From Clostridia bacterium (lineage in GTDB: Bacteria; Bacillota; Clostridia; Oscillospirales; SIG627), in NCBI GenBank assembly GCA_017440805.1, contig JAFSGN010000022.1, forward strand, positions 60,225 to 124,224: 64,000 nt of DNA, in the 5' to 3' direction. Shown here one piece after another: positions 41,459-50,996 of the stretch. The position numbers were made by a program, and so were the translations under genes. The notes beneath the pieces were generated by a model. The model made no database searches. It was given only the letters and a program-made list of their open reading frames with translations, and was not told where the DNA came from. Every line of letters starts with the position of its first letter. Position 1 is the stretch's first letter.

Positions 41459-42628
41459 TTACTGCTTATTTATTGCATATTTCCCGCCGGGTAAAGATAT
41501 AACAGCATTTTTAAATTCAAGGGATGTCAATGTATATAACACAGTCTTCATAGGCAGTTTATCATTCACAATTTCATCTGCAAAAAGAGGACCGTTCAAA
41601 AGCATATTTATAATTTCTTTTTCTGTGTCATTAAACTCTGAAAACGCCTGTTTATTATTTACGGTTTCAGGCTTTTCCGCCTTAACAACATTCGCTCCGC
41701 CATTAAATTCTTTAAATGAGGAAACAGTAATAACCGACTCTTTTGGTTTCAGCACGGTTTCCTTAGGTAACTCCCCTAGAAATTTAAGCCCCGGAAATTT
41801 ACTTTTATGTACTCTTGTAATATCATCGGAGGTTTTAACTGAAACAGCACCTCTTTCCCTCAGATAACCAACCGAATCGCTGCACAAATCATCAATCATA
41901 TATACAGGTATGTTATGTTCAAGAGCATGTTCGGCAGTAATCATTGTACCGCTTTTTATACTGCACTCCGTAACAACAACTCCATCAGAAAGAGAACTTA
42001 TTATACGGTTTCTTGCAGGAAAATTATACGCAAGAGGTTTTGTACCGGGATGAAATTCTGTCAAAACCAATCCGTTTTCCCGTATTCTCATTGTGAGTTC
42101 ACGGTTTTCTTTAGGATATATAACATCTATTCCGCAACCCAAAACGGCAATGGTCGCAGACCGGTTATAAAGTGCCGCTTTATGTGAAAAAGAATCAATA
42201 CCTTTTGCAAGACCGCTTACTATGGTGAATCCGCTTCTTGCCAAATCATAAGATATTCTTTTTGTTACACGCTCGCCTTGTGCGGTGTAGTTACGAGTAC
42301 CGACTACTCCGATTTGGGGAGAATTATCAAAATCATATAAATTACCGATATAATAAAGAACTATCGGACAATTTTCCAGTTTTTTCAATCTTTGGGGAAA
42401 TTGTGGCATGTCATATGTAATTATTCCGATATTATTCTTTTTTATGTATTCAACAATATCCATAGACATTCTTATGTCTTTATCCAAAAGTGTCTCATAA
42501 CTTCTGGTTATAGTTTTATATTCTTCTTCCGTTGCATTAAATGCCTCAAACGGATCCTTGAAATGCTCAATAATTCGTTTGGGGATATTGCTGAATGAAG
42601 AATATCTTGTGGCAAGCCAAACCCACAT
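41459..42628 (-). CDS. dprA: DNA processing protein DprA (Smf)
   Basis: Rossmann core GVVGTRNYTAQGERVT...IVSGLAKGIDSFSHKAAL, upstream of topA as in Bacillus. Confidence 0.9.
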   Translation of the reverse strand: MWVWLATRYSSFSNIPKRIIEHFKDPFEAFNATEEEYKTITRSYETLLDKDIRMSMDIVEYIKKNNIGIITYDMPQFPQRLKKLENCPIVLYYIGNLYDFDNSPQIGVVGTRNYTAQGERVTKRISYDLARSGFTIVSGLAKGIDSFSHKAALYNRSATIAVLGCGIDVIYPKENRELTMRIRENGLVLTEFHPGTKPLAYNFPARNRIISSLSDGVVVTECSIKSGTMITAEHALEHNIPVYMIDDLCSDSVGYLRERGAVSVKTSDDITRVHKSKFPGLKFLGELPKETVLKPKESVITVSSFKEFNGGANVVKAEKPETVNNKQAFSEFNDTEKEIINMLLNGPLFADEIVNDKLPMKTVLYTLTSLEFKNAVISLPGGKYAINKQ

Positions 42629-42644
42629 AACAAGATTGTTAATG

Positions 42645-43469
42645 TTAACGCCCCCTCATATAATCCATAAAAATTGCCGCTGCGACGCCCGCATTAAGTG
42701 ATTCGGAGTTTTCACTTATAGGTATTATAACACTCTTATCGCAAAGCGACATCGCTGTTTCGGAAAGACCTCTTCCTTCGTTTCCTATCATTACAGCACA
42801 AGGAGATTTAAAATCGGCTTCTTTTATTGATATACTATCTTTATGTAATGCAGCCGCATATATGTTTTTACATTTTTTTCGGGAAAGTTCTACTGCTGTC
42901 TTTATATCATTACATACCGCAATTTTCATTTTAAAAAGAGCACCCATAGCGGCTCTGAGTGTTTTCGAATTATATAAATCTGCACAGCCAACACAAATTA
43001 CGGCATCAATTCCAAAAGCAAGTGCTGTACGGATGACCGTACCCACATTACCTGTATCTTGCATATTCTCTATTATAATGTAGCCATTTGATACACTGTT
43101 GAATAATTCATTAATTTTATTAAAACTTTTTTGATTGTCTTCATATATTATATTGTCACAAGAAGAAAACACCCCTAAAATACCTTGAGGCGCCTTTTCG
43201 TTGGTTATTTTATCGTAAACCTCACGGGTAACTGTATACGAATTATATTCTTCTGTGTAGGATTTATACTTATCTTGTGATGATTCAGACACAAAAACAT
43301 ACTTAGGGACAAGTCCGGAATTTATTGCCTCTGCAAAAAGTTTTTCGCCTTCCGCAACGAACAGCGAAAGTTCATCCCTGTATTTTTTCATTTTAAGTTT
43401 TGAAACATTATTTATAATAGTATTATTACGCGAAGTAATCAGCACTGATATAACCTCACTTTCTGTCAT
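42645..43469 (-). CDS. SpoU/TrmH-family RNA 2'-O-methyltransferase (RlmB/YsgA-like)
   Basis: Motifs ITSRNNTIINNVSKLKMKKYR...FVAEGEKL, NMQDTGNVGTVIRTA, MIGNEGRGLS and SLNAGVAAAI. Start moved to ATG 43467-43469, because the track TTG start lies inside the rplT terminator hairpin. Confidence 0.85.
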   Translation of the reverse strand: MTESEVISVLITSRNNTIINNVSKLKMKKYRDELSLFVAEGEKLFAEAINSGLVPKYVFVSESSQDKYKSYTEEYNSYTVTREVYDKITNEKAPQGILGVFSSCDNIIYEDNQKSFNKINELFNSVSNGYIIIENMQDTGNVGTVIRTALAFGIDAVICVGCADLYNSKTLRAAMGALFKMKIAVCNDIKTAVELSRKKCKNIYAAALHKDSISIKEADFKSPCAVMIGNEGRGLSETAMSLCDKSVIIPISENSESLNAGVAAAIFMDYMRGR

Positions 43470-43483
43470 AATAATCAAGTAAT

Positions 43484-43517
43484 GGGCTGCAACGGGGATT
43501 TGTCCCTGTTGCAGCCC
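43484..43517 (-). terminator. Hairpin terminator after rplT
   Basis: 15-bp stem gggctgcaacgggga / tccctgttgcagccc (one G.U on the minus-strand RNA) with a 4-nt loop, starting 10 nt after the rplT stop. The trailing sequence is moderately U-rich. Confidence 0.6.
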
Positions 43518-43526
43518 AATCAATTA

Positions 43527-43880
43527 TTATAATGCAGCCTTTGCCTGCTCAACGAGTTTTGCAAATGCTTCTTTATCACTTACAGCAAGTTCAGCAAGCA
43601 TCTTTCTGTTAAGATTAATACCGGCTTTTTTAAGTCCGCACATAAAACGAGAATAGTTTATGCCGTTAACCTTAGCCTGTGCAGAAATACGGGTAATCCA
43701 AAGAGAACGGAAATCTCTCTTCTTAAGTTTTCTGCCGGCAAATGCATAGTTACCGCTTTTAAGAACGGCTTGTTTAGCCATCTTAAAATGTTTACTTTTT
43801 GCACCCCAGTATCCTTTTGCCAATTTTAAAACTTTTTTTCTTCTTTTGCGCGTCATCATTGCGCCTTTAACTCTTGCCAT
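43527..43880 (-). CDS. rplT: 50S ribosomal protein L20
   Basis: [29 protein letters not shown]. 117 aa. Confidence 0.98.
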   Translation of the reverse strand: MARVKGAMMTRKRRKKVLKLAKGYWGAKSKHFKMAKQAVLKSGNYAFAGRKLKKRDFRSLWITRISAQAKVNGINYSRFMCGLKKAGINLNRKMLAELAVSDKEAFAKLVEQAKAAL

Positions 43881-43914
43881 TTATAATTCCTCCTAAAAAT
43901 ACATGAAAATGAAA

Positions 43915-44115
43915 TTAATCGTTGTAAGGAACGATTTTCTTAATGATAGGTGCGAATGATGTGCTCAGGTAAGCAGCCTTTCTGAGCATTCTCTTACGCT
44001 TGGTTGTTTTCTGACCAAGTTTGTGTCTTCTACCCTGATGATTCATCTTTACAAGACCGCTTTTGGTCACTGTAAATCTTTTAGCCGAAGCCTTGTGTGT
44101 CTTAATTTTTCCCAT
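43915..44115 (-). CDS. rpmI: 50S ribosomal protein L35
   Basis: MGKIKTHKASAKRFTVTKSG. 66 aa. Confidence 0.97.
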   Translation of the reverse strand: MGKIKTHKASAKRFTVTKSGLVKMNHQGRRHKLGQKTTKRKRMLRKAAYLSTSFAPIIKKIVPYND

Positions 44116-44159
44116 TTTATTTTCTCCTTATATTTATTTGCTCTTTTTGGACTGGTTAT

Positions 44160-44684
44160 TTATTTTGAAGTCGGTGCTTTAGGAACAATAAACATTGTCA
44201 TATAACGACCGTCAACAGATGGCTTCTTATCTACCGAACCAAACTCTTCACACGCCTGTGCAACCTGCTCCATAAGTTCATAACCCATACTTTGACGATT
44301 CATTTCTCTACCGGAGAAAGTGATGGTAATCTTTACCTTGTTGCCATTTTGCAGAAATTTGTGTGCATGATTGATTTTGGTTTGAAAATCGTGTTTATCG
44401 ATACGACAAGAAAATTTAATTTCTTTAATTTCGATAACAGTCTGTTTTTTGCGTGATTCTTTTTCTTTCTTCTCACGCTCGAAACGATACTTTCCATAGT
44501 CCATTACGCGACAAACGGGAGGATTTGCACCCGGAGCCATTTCAACAAGGTCAAGTCCTTTGTTATATGCCATATTCAAAGCCTCGGTAATGTTGAAAAT
44601 TCCAAGTTGTTCGCCCTCTGTGCCAACCAAACGGACCTGAGAAGCCTTAATTTCTTCATTGATAAGAAGTTCTTTTGTGCTGAT
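44160..44684 (-). CDS. infC: Translation initiation factor IF-3, inferred non-AUG (AUC) start
   Basis: The IF-3 sequence begins at ISTKELLINEEIKASQVRLVGTEGEQLG. GGAGGTG lies 6 nt upstream of the ATC codon (44682-44684). The 55 upstream track codons run through a U-tract, a terminator hairpin and the promoter, so they are not coding. Confidence 0.85.
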   Translation of the reverse strand: MSTKELLINEEIKASQVRLVGTEGEQLGIFNITEALNMAYNKGLDLVEMAPGANPPVCRVMDYGKYRFEREKKEKESRKKQTVIEIKEIKFSCRIDKHDFQTKINHAHKFLQNGNKVKITITFSGREMNRQSMGYELMEQVAQACEEFGSVDKKPSVDGRYMTMFIVPKAPTSK

Positions 44685-44815
44685 ACTAAGCACCTCCAAA
44701 AAAAAAATACTGTGAAGAAGCCCCACAGTAACAGACACAGAGCATAAAAACGCCCTGAAACTATTAACCGCTATAGCATTAATCTGCATAGGGTGGGATA
44801 ATCCTCTTCTTTGTT
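44685..44815 (-). promoter_or_regulatory. infC-rpmI-rplT leader with terminator/attenuator (L20-leader-like)
   Basis: A ~130-nt leader downstream of the consensus promoter. It ends in UACUGUG-GGGCUUCUU-CACAGUA followed by U10, immediately before the infC SD. The 5'-proximal AAGAAG can pair with the loop CUUCUU. Firmicute infC operons are known to use an L20-binding attenuator. Confidence 0.5.
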
Positions 44816-44820
44816 GTGTT

Positions 44821-44849
44821 ATTATATCACAATAATACATCTTTGTCAA
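44821..44849 (-). promoter_or_regulatory. Consensus sigma-A promoter of the infC operon
   Basis: Minus strand reads TTGACA (44844-44849), a 17-nt spacer, then TATAAT (44821-44826). Confidence 0.75.
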
Positions 44850-44930
44850 TAGTTTTTCCTAAATTTGTATAATTAAATTTATAATCCCGGCAATTTTTTT
44901 ATAAACCACCGGGATTAACCAATATCTCAA

Positions 44931-46535
44931 CTAATCTGTCAGTCTGTCTGCCGTTTCAAGAATTTCAAGATAGATTTTTTCAAATTTATCCGGGTCCATT
45001 TCATAATCATCAAAGGTACGGCATCCTTTTTCTACAAGTCTGTGTGCCGTTTCAGGTTCTTTCTCGCTGATAATTGATAATAATTCCCAGTCTTCCGCAC
45101 CGGAGAGTTGTGCCATGGAACGAATTGTTTCCCAATATTCTCCATCAACACAGTAAACAATGCTGTGATTGCCCGGTGACATAATTTTAATGAAATTTGT
45201 ATTATCAAATCCACCTTCGTTATGATATCCCCAGTGCAGATATCCCTCAAAATTATACCTGTGACACATCCAGAAGGAAAGTCTGCCCACAAAAACAGGA
45301 AGATCGAGCACTCTGTTCATTGTTCTGCCTGCAGGTGCACCGCAAGCGTAATAAGTCATTCTCTGACCTGATGCCTGCAATTCTTTAAATTCATCCAGAT
45401 ATTTTTCGTATATTGCCTGCTTTACGCTTATAATATCTGCTGCACCGGCGATATTATATACTTCAACAGGGTCATGAATTACAAGTTCAGGATACAGACT
45501 TCTTACAACACCACATAAAATGCGGTATTCGGCGGCATTCTGGAATTGGGGTTCGTCAACCAGAGGCTGTATGTATTTATCATGCCATCCGTTTCGTTCC
45601 ACCATTTCTCTGACACGGGTAAAATAAATTTTTAACTGTCTGTATGCTTCGCAAGAAGAGACATCACATTTTTTATCCCAGTCCCAGAGAAGATAGATTT
45701 GTTCCTCATTCCAGTTCACCCAATGGGCAACATAAGAACCGTATAATTTAGTCATACCTGCCTTTTCAGCAATTTTCAATGCTTTTTCAAGGTATGAAAG
45801 GTCAAAGTCAATTATTTTGCCGTTTTCATCTCTTACCGCTTCGTCAGGCTCATGTCTCCATGTTTGTGCAATAGAAAGATGATTGTTTCTTATATCAACA
45901 AGATGTGTCAGAAGTTTGCGATACATTTTCCAATATGCGTCGCTGTAAATTTCATCATTGCACTGCGCACAAATCGCTCCCGGTACTACCCAGTTTACAA
46001 CTGAAAGTTTTGATTGACTCATATGAGGTATAACCGCTTTGTGAACAATTACATTGAACTGTATTTTAAACACACTGTTTCCGGTTTCTATTGTGACATC
46101 AATCATTTGTGCACCCGGAGCCATCTTACTGCAGGCTGTCATTCTGACCGTAAAAGCAAGTCTTGAGTCATATGAAATTGTATCAACCATGGGAGCCAGT
46201 GCGTCATAAACATCAAACGGTGCTTTACGGGTAACAAAGTCTTCAACTTCGTCGGGATTAGTGGTTGTGTTTGGCTTCCCGTCGGGCGCACTGTTAAGCG
46301 GAATTGTAACAGGAACCATCTGGTAAAACTGTACATGAATGCCGTTTGCATCGCATATTTTCGATGTAACTTTGTCACCTTTTTTTACATTAATATCGGT
46401 TAAAAATTGAACCGCGACATTTCCGCCTCTGGCAATATGAACATTAACAGGCTGGTCTTCAACAAAGAGGTCAATTTTATCGTCCGGAAAAACCCACTGA
46501 TTTTGAGTATAAACCCTGTATTTTGCCTTTTCCAT
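44931..46535 (-). CDS. Hypothetical cytoplasmic protein, possibly DUF4091 / GH123-like glycoside hydrolase
   Basis: 534 aa with no signal peptide. It has an adjacent Asp-Glu pair in LVDEPQF after a TIM-barrel-like stretch. The family assignment is from memory only. Confidence 0.6.
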   Translation of the reverse strand: MEKAKYRVYTQNQWVFPDDKIDLFVEDQPVNVHIARGGNVAVQFLTDINVKKGDKVTSKICDANGIHVQFYQMVPVTIPLNSAPDGKPNTTTNPDEVEDFVTRKAPFDVYDALAPMVDTISYDSRLAFTVRMTACSKMAPGAQMIDVTIETGNSVFKIQFNVIVHKAVIPHMSQSKLSVVNWVVPGAICAQCNDEIYSDAYWKMYRKLLTHLVDIRNNHLSIAQTWRHEPDEAVRDENGKIIDFDLSYLEKALKIAEKAGMTKLYGSYVAHWVNWNEEQIYLLWDWDKKCDVSSCEAYRQLKIYFTRVREMVERNGWHDKYIQPLVDEPQFQNAAEYRILCGVVRSLYPELVIHDPVEVYNIAGAADIISVKQAIYEKYLDEFKELQASGQRMTYYACGAPAGRTMNRVLDLPVFVGRLSFWMCHRYNFEGYLHWGYHNEGGFDNTNFIKIMSPGNHSIVYCVDGEYWETIRSMAQLSGAEDWELLSIISEKEPETAHRLVEKGCRTFDDYEMDPDKFEKIYLEILETADRLTD

Positions 46536-46714
46536 AATACATCTCTCTTTCTGCCTTTATTTTTCTTATTTTATCATAATAAAAAATGATTGTCAAGAAG
46601 AAAAATTATAACAAAAAGTGGAAAATAAATAACAAAAATTTTAAAAGTTTTTTTCTAACTATTTACTTTTTTTAAATTTTATGTTATACTGTTGGTTATG
46701 GAGGGAGTAAAGCG

Positions 46715-47713
46715 ATGATTGAATTACGCAATGTAAGTAAAACATTCACCTCATCATCTAAGGATGTCAGAGCGGTGTGCGATGTTTCTCTGCACATCGA
46801 AAAGGGTGATATATACGGCATAATAGGTCTTTCGGGAGCAGGAAAATCAACACTCGTCAGATGTATTAACCTGCTTGAAAAACCCACATCGGGAAATGTT
46901 ATTTTTTCCGGAGTGGATCTTTGTTCCCTTTCAAAAAAAGAACTTCTGAAAACAAGAAAGAAAATTTCTATGATTTTTCAGGGTTTCAACCTTCTCTCGC
47001 AGCGCACAGCGCTCAGGAATGTCTGCTATCCGCTTGAAATTGCAGGTGTCCCCAAAAAAGAAGCAATTGAAAAAGCCGCAAAGTTACTGGACACAGTCGG
47101 ACTTTCAGATAAGAAGAATTCGTATCCGGCTCAACTTTCCGGAGGTCAGAAGCAACGCGTAGCCATTGCCCGTGCACTTGCAACCGACCCCGAAGTGTTA
47201 CTTTGCGACGAGGCAACCAGTGCTCTGGACCCCACTACAACGCAATCAATTCTTGAACTTTTAAAACAAATCAACACCACTATGGGAGTTACTATAGTAG
47301 TAATTACTCATGAAATGAAGGTTGTGGAACAAATATGCAATAAAGTTGCAGTCCTTGATAATGGTTGTGTAGCAGAAAAAGGATATGTAAAGGATATCTT
47401 TCTTTCTCCAAAATCAAATATTGCAAAGGAACTTGTTCTCCCTAAAAATACAACTGTCAGTGAACTGTCATCCAATAACGCAATACGCATTGCATTTGAT
47501 GGTCAATCTGCTTTTGAGCCATTTATTTCCAACCTTACAATTGAATGCCATGCTGTTGTAAACATACTTGGTGCTGACACAAAAAATATAGGTGGAAAAG
47601 CCTTTGGTCAGATGATTTTACAGTTACCGGAAGATGCCGCATCCGTTGAGAGAATAAAAACATACCTTGAAACAAGAAAAATTGCATATGAGGAGGTCAA
47701 AACAAGTGAATGA
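46715..47713 (+). CDS. metN: Methionine ABC transporter ATP-binding protein MetN
   Basis: Walker A GLSGAGKST, signature LSGGQKQRVAIARAL, Walker B LLCDEATSALD and a C-terminal NIL-type domain. Confidence 0.92.
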   Translation: MIELRNVSKTFTSSSKDVRAVCDVSLHIEKGDIYGIIGLSGAGKSTLVRCINLLEKPTSGNVIFSGVDLCSLSKKELLKTRKKISMIFQGFNLLSQRTALRNVCYPLEIAGVPKKEAIEKAAKLLDTVGLSDKKNSYPAQLSGGQKQRVAIARALATDPEVLLCDEATSALDPTTTQSILELLKQINTTMGVTIVVITHEMKVVEQICNKVAVLDNGCVAEKGYVKDIFLSPKSNIAKELVLPKNTTVSELSSNNAIRIAFDGQSAFEPFISNLTIECHAVVNILGADTKNIGGKAFGQMILQLPEDAASVERIKTYLETRKIAYEEVKTSE

Positions 47714-48383
47714 AATAATTACTGTTGTTACAAGCAGTAAGTTTATCACATCAATTTTACTCACTCTCAAAATAACACTTGTAAGTACTCTTCTCTCGTA
47801 CATAATAGGGATTCCTCTCGGTGTATGTCTGTACGGTACATCCGAAGGCAGTATTTTTCCAAACAAGTATATAAATACTGTTGTCGGCTTTATTGTGAAT
47901 ATAATACGCTCGATTCCGTTTGTAATACTTCTTATAATGACTCAACCTGTTGCAAAACTTCTTGTAGGAAGTAAAATCGGCGACAATGCTTTTATATTTC
48001 ATCTTGTTATCGCCGCTGCCCCTTTTGTTGCAAGAATGATTGAATCCTCTTTTCGTGAGGTTGATCCCGGTGTAATAGAAGCGGCTCAGTCAATGGGTTC
48101 AAACAACTTTCAGATTATAACGAAAGTAATTTTACCCGAAGCAAAACCTTCACTTATAATCGGAGGTGCCATCGCAGTAACAACAATACTCGGATATACG
48201 CCCATGGCAAGTTATATTTCAGGCGGCGGACTCGGAGAGTATGCTGTAAACTACGGTCTGTACCGTTCGCAAGAAACAAAAATGTATATTGCTTCCTTGC
48301 TTCTCATAATAATTGTCCAGATTTTACAGGAATCACTTAATTTCCTCGCCAAATTCTGCGACAAGAGAATAAGAAACAAGTAA
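47706..48383 (+). CDS. metI: Methionine ABC transporter permease MetI
   Basis: EAA loop VIEAAQSMGSNNFQIITKVILPEA. Start set to GTG 47706, with AGGAGG 9 nt upstream, overlapping the metN stop. The in-frame ATGs at 47667 and 47688 lie inside metN. Confidence 0.88.
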   Translation: MNEIITVVTSSKFITSILLTLKITLVSTLLSYIIGIPLGVCLYGTSEGSIFPNKYINTVVGFIVNIIRSIPFVILLIMTQPVAKLLVGSKIGDNAFIFHLVIAAAPFVARMIESSFREVDPGVIEAAQSMGSNNFQIITKVILPEAKPSLIIGGAIAVTTILGYTPMASYISGGGLGEYAVNYGLYRSQETKMYIASLLLIIIVQILQESLNFLAKFCDKRIRNK

Positions 48384-48413
48384 GTACTATAAAAACAAAA
48401 AAGGAGAATAACC

Positions 48414-49220
48414 ATGAAAAGACTTTTAACTATTTCTCTCGCAATTTTGGCTGTACTCACAGTGTTCACTGCTTGTGCACCCAAAACAGAAACAGACAAT
48501 GTTATCACTGTTGCTGCAACACCCGCTCCTCATGCTGAAATTCTTGAACAGTGCAAACCCATACTCGAACAGCAGGGTTACACTCTCGAGGTAAAGGTAA
48601 TGAATGACTACATTATCCCGAACAACGCAACCGAAAGCGGCGATGTTGATGCAAACTATTTCCAGCACACCCCTTATCTTGATGAATTTAATGCATCTAA
48701 CGGCACTCACCTTGTTTCTGTAGCAAAAGTACACTATGAACCCTTTGGCATTTACAAGGGTACAAGCGATTCGCTTGAACTTCCCGAAGGAGCAAAAATT
48801 GCCGTTCCCAACGATGCAACAAACGAGGCTCGTGCACTTCTTCTTCTCGAAGCAAACGGTCTTATCAAACTCACAGAAAACGCAGGACTTACCGCAACAA
48901 AAAATGATATAGTTGAAAATCCTCTCAACTTTGAAATTGTTGAAATGGAAGCCGCTTTGCTCCCCACAGTTCTTGACGATGTAAACATTGCTGTTATCAA
49001 CGGCAACTATGCTATTTCCGCAAACCTCAAGGTTTCCGAAGCACTCGCAACCGAAGATGCTGCTTCTGTTGCTGCTCAGACCTATGCAAATATTCTCGTT
49101 GTTAAAGAGGGCAATCAGGAAAATGAAAAAGTTGTTGCTCTTAAAAATGCTCTTTTGAGCGAAACAATTGCCGAGTATATTAACAATACATACGCAGGAG
49201 CAGTTATAGCACTTTCTTAA
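48414..49220 (+). CDS. metQ: Methionine-binding lipoprotein MetQ (NlpA family)
   Basis: Signal peptide with lipobox VFTAC, then the NlpA-family pattern (ITVAATPAPHAEIL, NYFQHTPYL). Confidence 0.9.
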   Translation: MKRLLTISLAILAVLTVFTACAPKTETDNVITVAATPAPHAEILEQCKPILEQQGYTLEVKVMNDYIIPNNATESGDVDANYFQHTPYLDEFNASNGTHLVSVAKVHYEPFGIYKGTSDSLELPEGAKIAVPNDATNEARALLLLEANGLIKLTENAGLTATKNDIVENPLNFEIVEMEAALLPTVLDDVNIAVINGNYAISANLKVSEALATEDAASVAAQTYANILVVKEGNQENEKVVALKNALLSETIAEYINNTYAGAVIALS

Positions 49221-49253
49221 CCGTTATTTATAACTAACCCAACGGTTTTCCCA

Positions 49254-49298
49254 ATACCGTGTAATACAGAAAAATTTCTGCATTACACGGTATTTTTG
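49254..49298 (+). terminator. Intrinsic terminator after metQ
   Basis: Stem ataccgtgtaatacag / ctgcattacacggtat (one mismatch), followed by TTTTTGT. Confidence 0.8.
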
Positions 49299-49300
49299 TA

Positions 49301-49329
49301 TTGACATTTAATTATGTTAGTGCTATAAT
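49301..49329 (+). promoter_or_regulatory. Consensus sigma-A promoter for the MFS gene
   Basis: TTGACA (49301-49306), a 17-nt spacer, then TATAAT (49324-49329). Confidence 0.75.
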
Positions 49330-49368
49330 TCATGTGATTACAGTTATAATATTTTTACAGAGGTATGT

Positions 49369-50634
49369 ATGGAAACCAAATATCTGTCTGATTACAAAAA
49401 AAGCGCTTTGCTTTTCATTCTAATTTTTACATCCTACTCTCTTGTTTATATGACTAAAAATTGTTACAGTGCTGCTATGGCGTCAATCGTAAACGAAGGT
49501 ATTATGACCAAATCACAGACAGGTCTTATCGCCGCAGTGTTCTACCTTTTATACGCGCCTTTTCAGATAATTGGCGGAATAGCAGCCGATAAATATTCTC
49601 CAAAGTTACTTCTGACTATAGGTTATCTTGGTGCAAGTATTGCCAATCTTTTGGTATATTTGTTCCATACCAACTATGTTGCCATGATAATCATTTGGGG
49701 ATTCAATGCAATTATTCAGTTCGGCATATGGCCGTCGGTTTTTAAAATTGTCGCCTCATTCCTGGCTGTTGAACATCGAACAAAAGGAATTTTTCTTTTA
49801 AGTTTTTGTTCGACAATCGGATTGTTTTTAAGTTATCTGCTGGCAATATTTATAAGCGACTGGAAAAATCACTTTTTGTTTTCTTCACTGGTTCTCTTTC
49901 TTCTGACTATAATTGTGTATATTTCTTATACCATATTGGAAAAGTATATGCATACAGAGGAGCCTTTGCCCGATACGCAGATTGAAATCCCTGATAATAC
50001 AGCAAAAATTTCAAAATCAGGCACTATCAGACTGATGTTGATATCAGGATTACCGATTTTTCTGATTATCAATTTAATTTCCACCATGCTAAGTCTGGGT
50101 GTCAAAGCACTATCCCCCGTTATGCTTATGGAGTCATATGCCGGTATTACACCCGGTATCGCAAGTGCTTTGAATATTATTCTGATTTTAGCAGGACCTA
50201 TCGGTCTGTTTATATCAAAATTACATATCTTCCGAAGATTTGACTATCCAAAATCAATTGCTATTTTTCTTTTTCTGTCAATTCCCTCTCTGGTTGCAAT
50301 TGTTTTTGTTGGTGAACTGAGTGTCTTTTTCGTCTTACTTGCACTGACGCTTCTGACTATTTCTACGGGAGCACTCGGTATATTTTTCTCATATATATCA
50401 AACACCTTTGAACATTACGGTTGTGTTGCAACAATCACAGGCCTGCTTAACTGTATGGCATCTCTCGGACTTATGCTGACAAATTATGTATTTCCAAAAA
50501 TTGCAGATGAAATGGGTTGGAAATTCACTGCAACATGTTGGCTTATATTAAACATTATTTCATTTGTCCTTGTTTTAATTTCAATTCCCATATGGAAGAG
50601 ATTTGTCAAAAAAATAAATCAGGATAATATATAA
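49369..50634 (+). CDS. MFS transporter, unknown substrate
   Basis: 421 aa with about 12 predicted hydrophobic helices in a 6+6 layout and a central polar loop. Confidence 0.85.
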   Translation: METKYLSDYKKSALLFILIFTSYSLVYMTKNCYSAAMASIVNEGIMTKSQTGLIAAVFYLLYAPFQIIGGIAADKYSPKLLLTIGYLGASIANLLVYLFHTNYVAMIIIWGFNAIIQFGIWPSVFKIVASFLAVEHRTKGIFLLSFCSTIGLFLSYLLAIFISDWKNHFLFSSLVLFLLTIIVYISYTILEKYMHTEEPLPDTQIEIPDNTAKISKSGTIRLMLISGLPIFLIINLISTMLSLGVKALSPVMLMESYAGITPGIASALNIILILAGPIGLFISKLHIFRRFDYPKSIAIFLFLSIPSLVAIVFVGELSVFFVLLALTLLTISTGALGIFFSYISNTFEHYGCVATITGLLNCMASLGLMLTNYVFPKIADEMGWKFTATCWLILNIISFVLVLISIPIWKRFVKKINQDNI

Positions 50635-50654
50635 CCATCACCAAATAAGTGAAA

Positions 50655-50689
50655 GCAGCAAAATCAAAGTTGATTTTGCTGCTTTTTTA
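50655..50689 (+). terminator. Intrinsic terminator after the MFS gene
   Basis: 11-12-bp stem gcagcaaaatca / tgattttgctgc, followed by TTTTTTATT. Confidence 0.85.
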
Positions 50690-50928
50690 TTAAATCAAAG
50701 TTTACAGTGAAATAAAATACACATTAATGGTTTAAAAATACATTAAAAAAGCAATATGTTTTAAAAAAAGAATAATTATTCTTTTTCTGCATCTGATTTT
50801 TAAATTTTTATATAAAAAAAGCATATATTGTTACTTTTTAATTATAATCTCACAATTTAATTATTTTTTCATTGTCATAATTTTAAAATACAGTACTATT
50901 TTGTGCAAGATGACGGAAATATTGTTTT

Positions 50929-50957
50929 TTGCAAAAAATGACAAAAAGAGGTATAAT
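50929..50957 (+). promoter_or_regulatory. Sigma-A-type promoter for the small orphan ORF
   Basis: TTGCAA (50929-50934), a 17-nt spacer, then TATAAT (50952-50957). Confidence 0.6.
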
Positions 50958-50996
50958 ATCATGTAAAAATTATTAAAAACAACATTGGAGAGAAAA

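Noticed and set aside
43470-43523. TTG-initiated extension of the SpoU methyltransferase ORF
   Set aside because: The extension is encoded by the rplT terminator hairpin. ATG 43467-43469 fits the family N-terminus.
44685-44849. 55-codon extension of infC (track start at 44849)
   Set aside because: The track start is a TTG that forms the first three bases of the -35 hexamer TTGACA. The extension also runs through the leader hairpin, the U10 tract and the SD.
46536-46714. Expected S-box (SAM-I) riboswitch or T-box upstream of metNIQ
   Set aside because: The gap is only ~180 nt and almost pure A/T. It has no GC-rich helices or conserved S-box core. It shows only a weak TTTACT-17-TGTTATACT promoter and a GGAGGG SD.
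50690-50996. AT-rich spacer as a replication origin or dif site
   Set aside because: I found no TTATCCACA-type DnaA boxes. The only dif-like string (tataatatcatgtaaaaat) has a central spacer 4 nt too short and lacks the left arm. The tataat in it is better explained as the -10 box of the small-ORF promoter.
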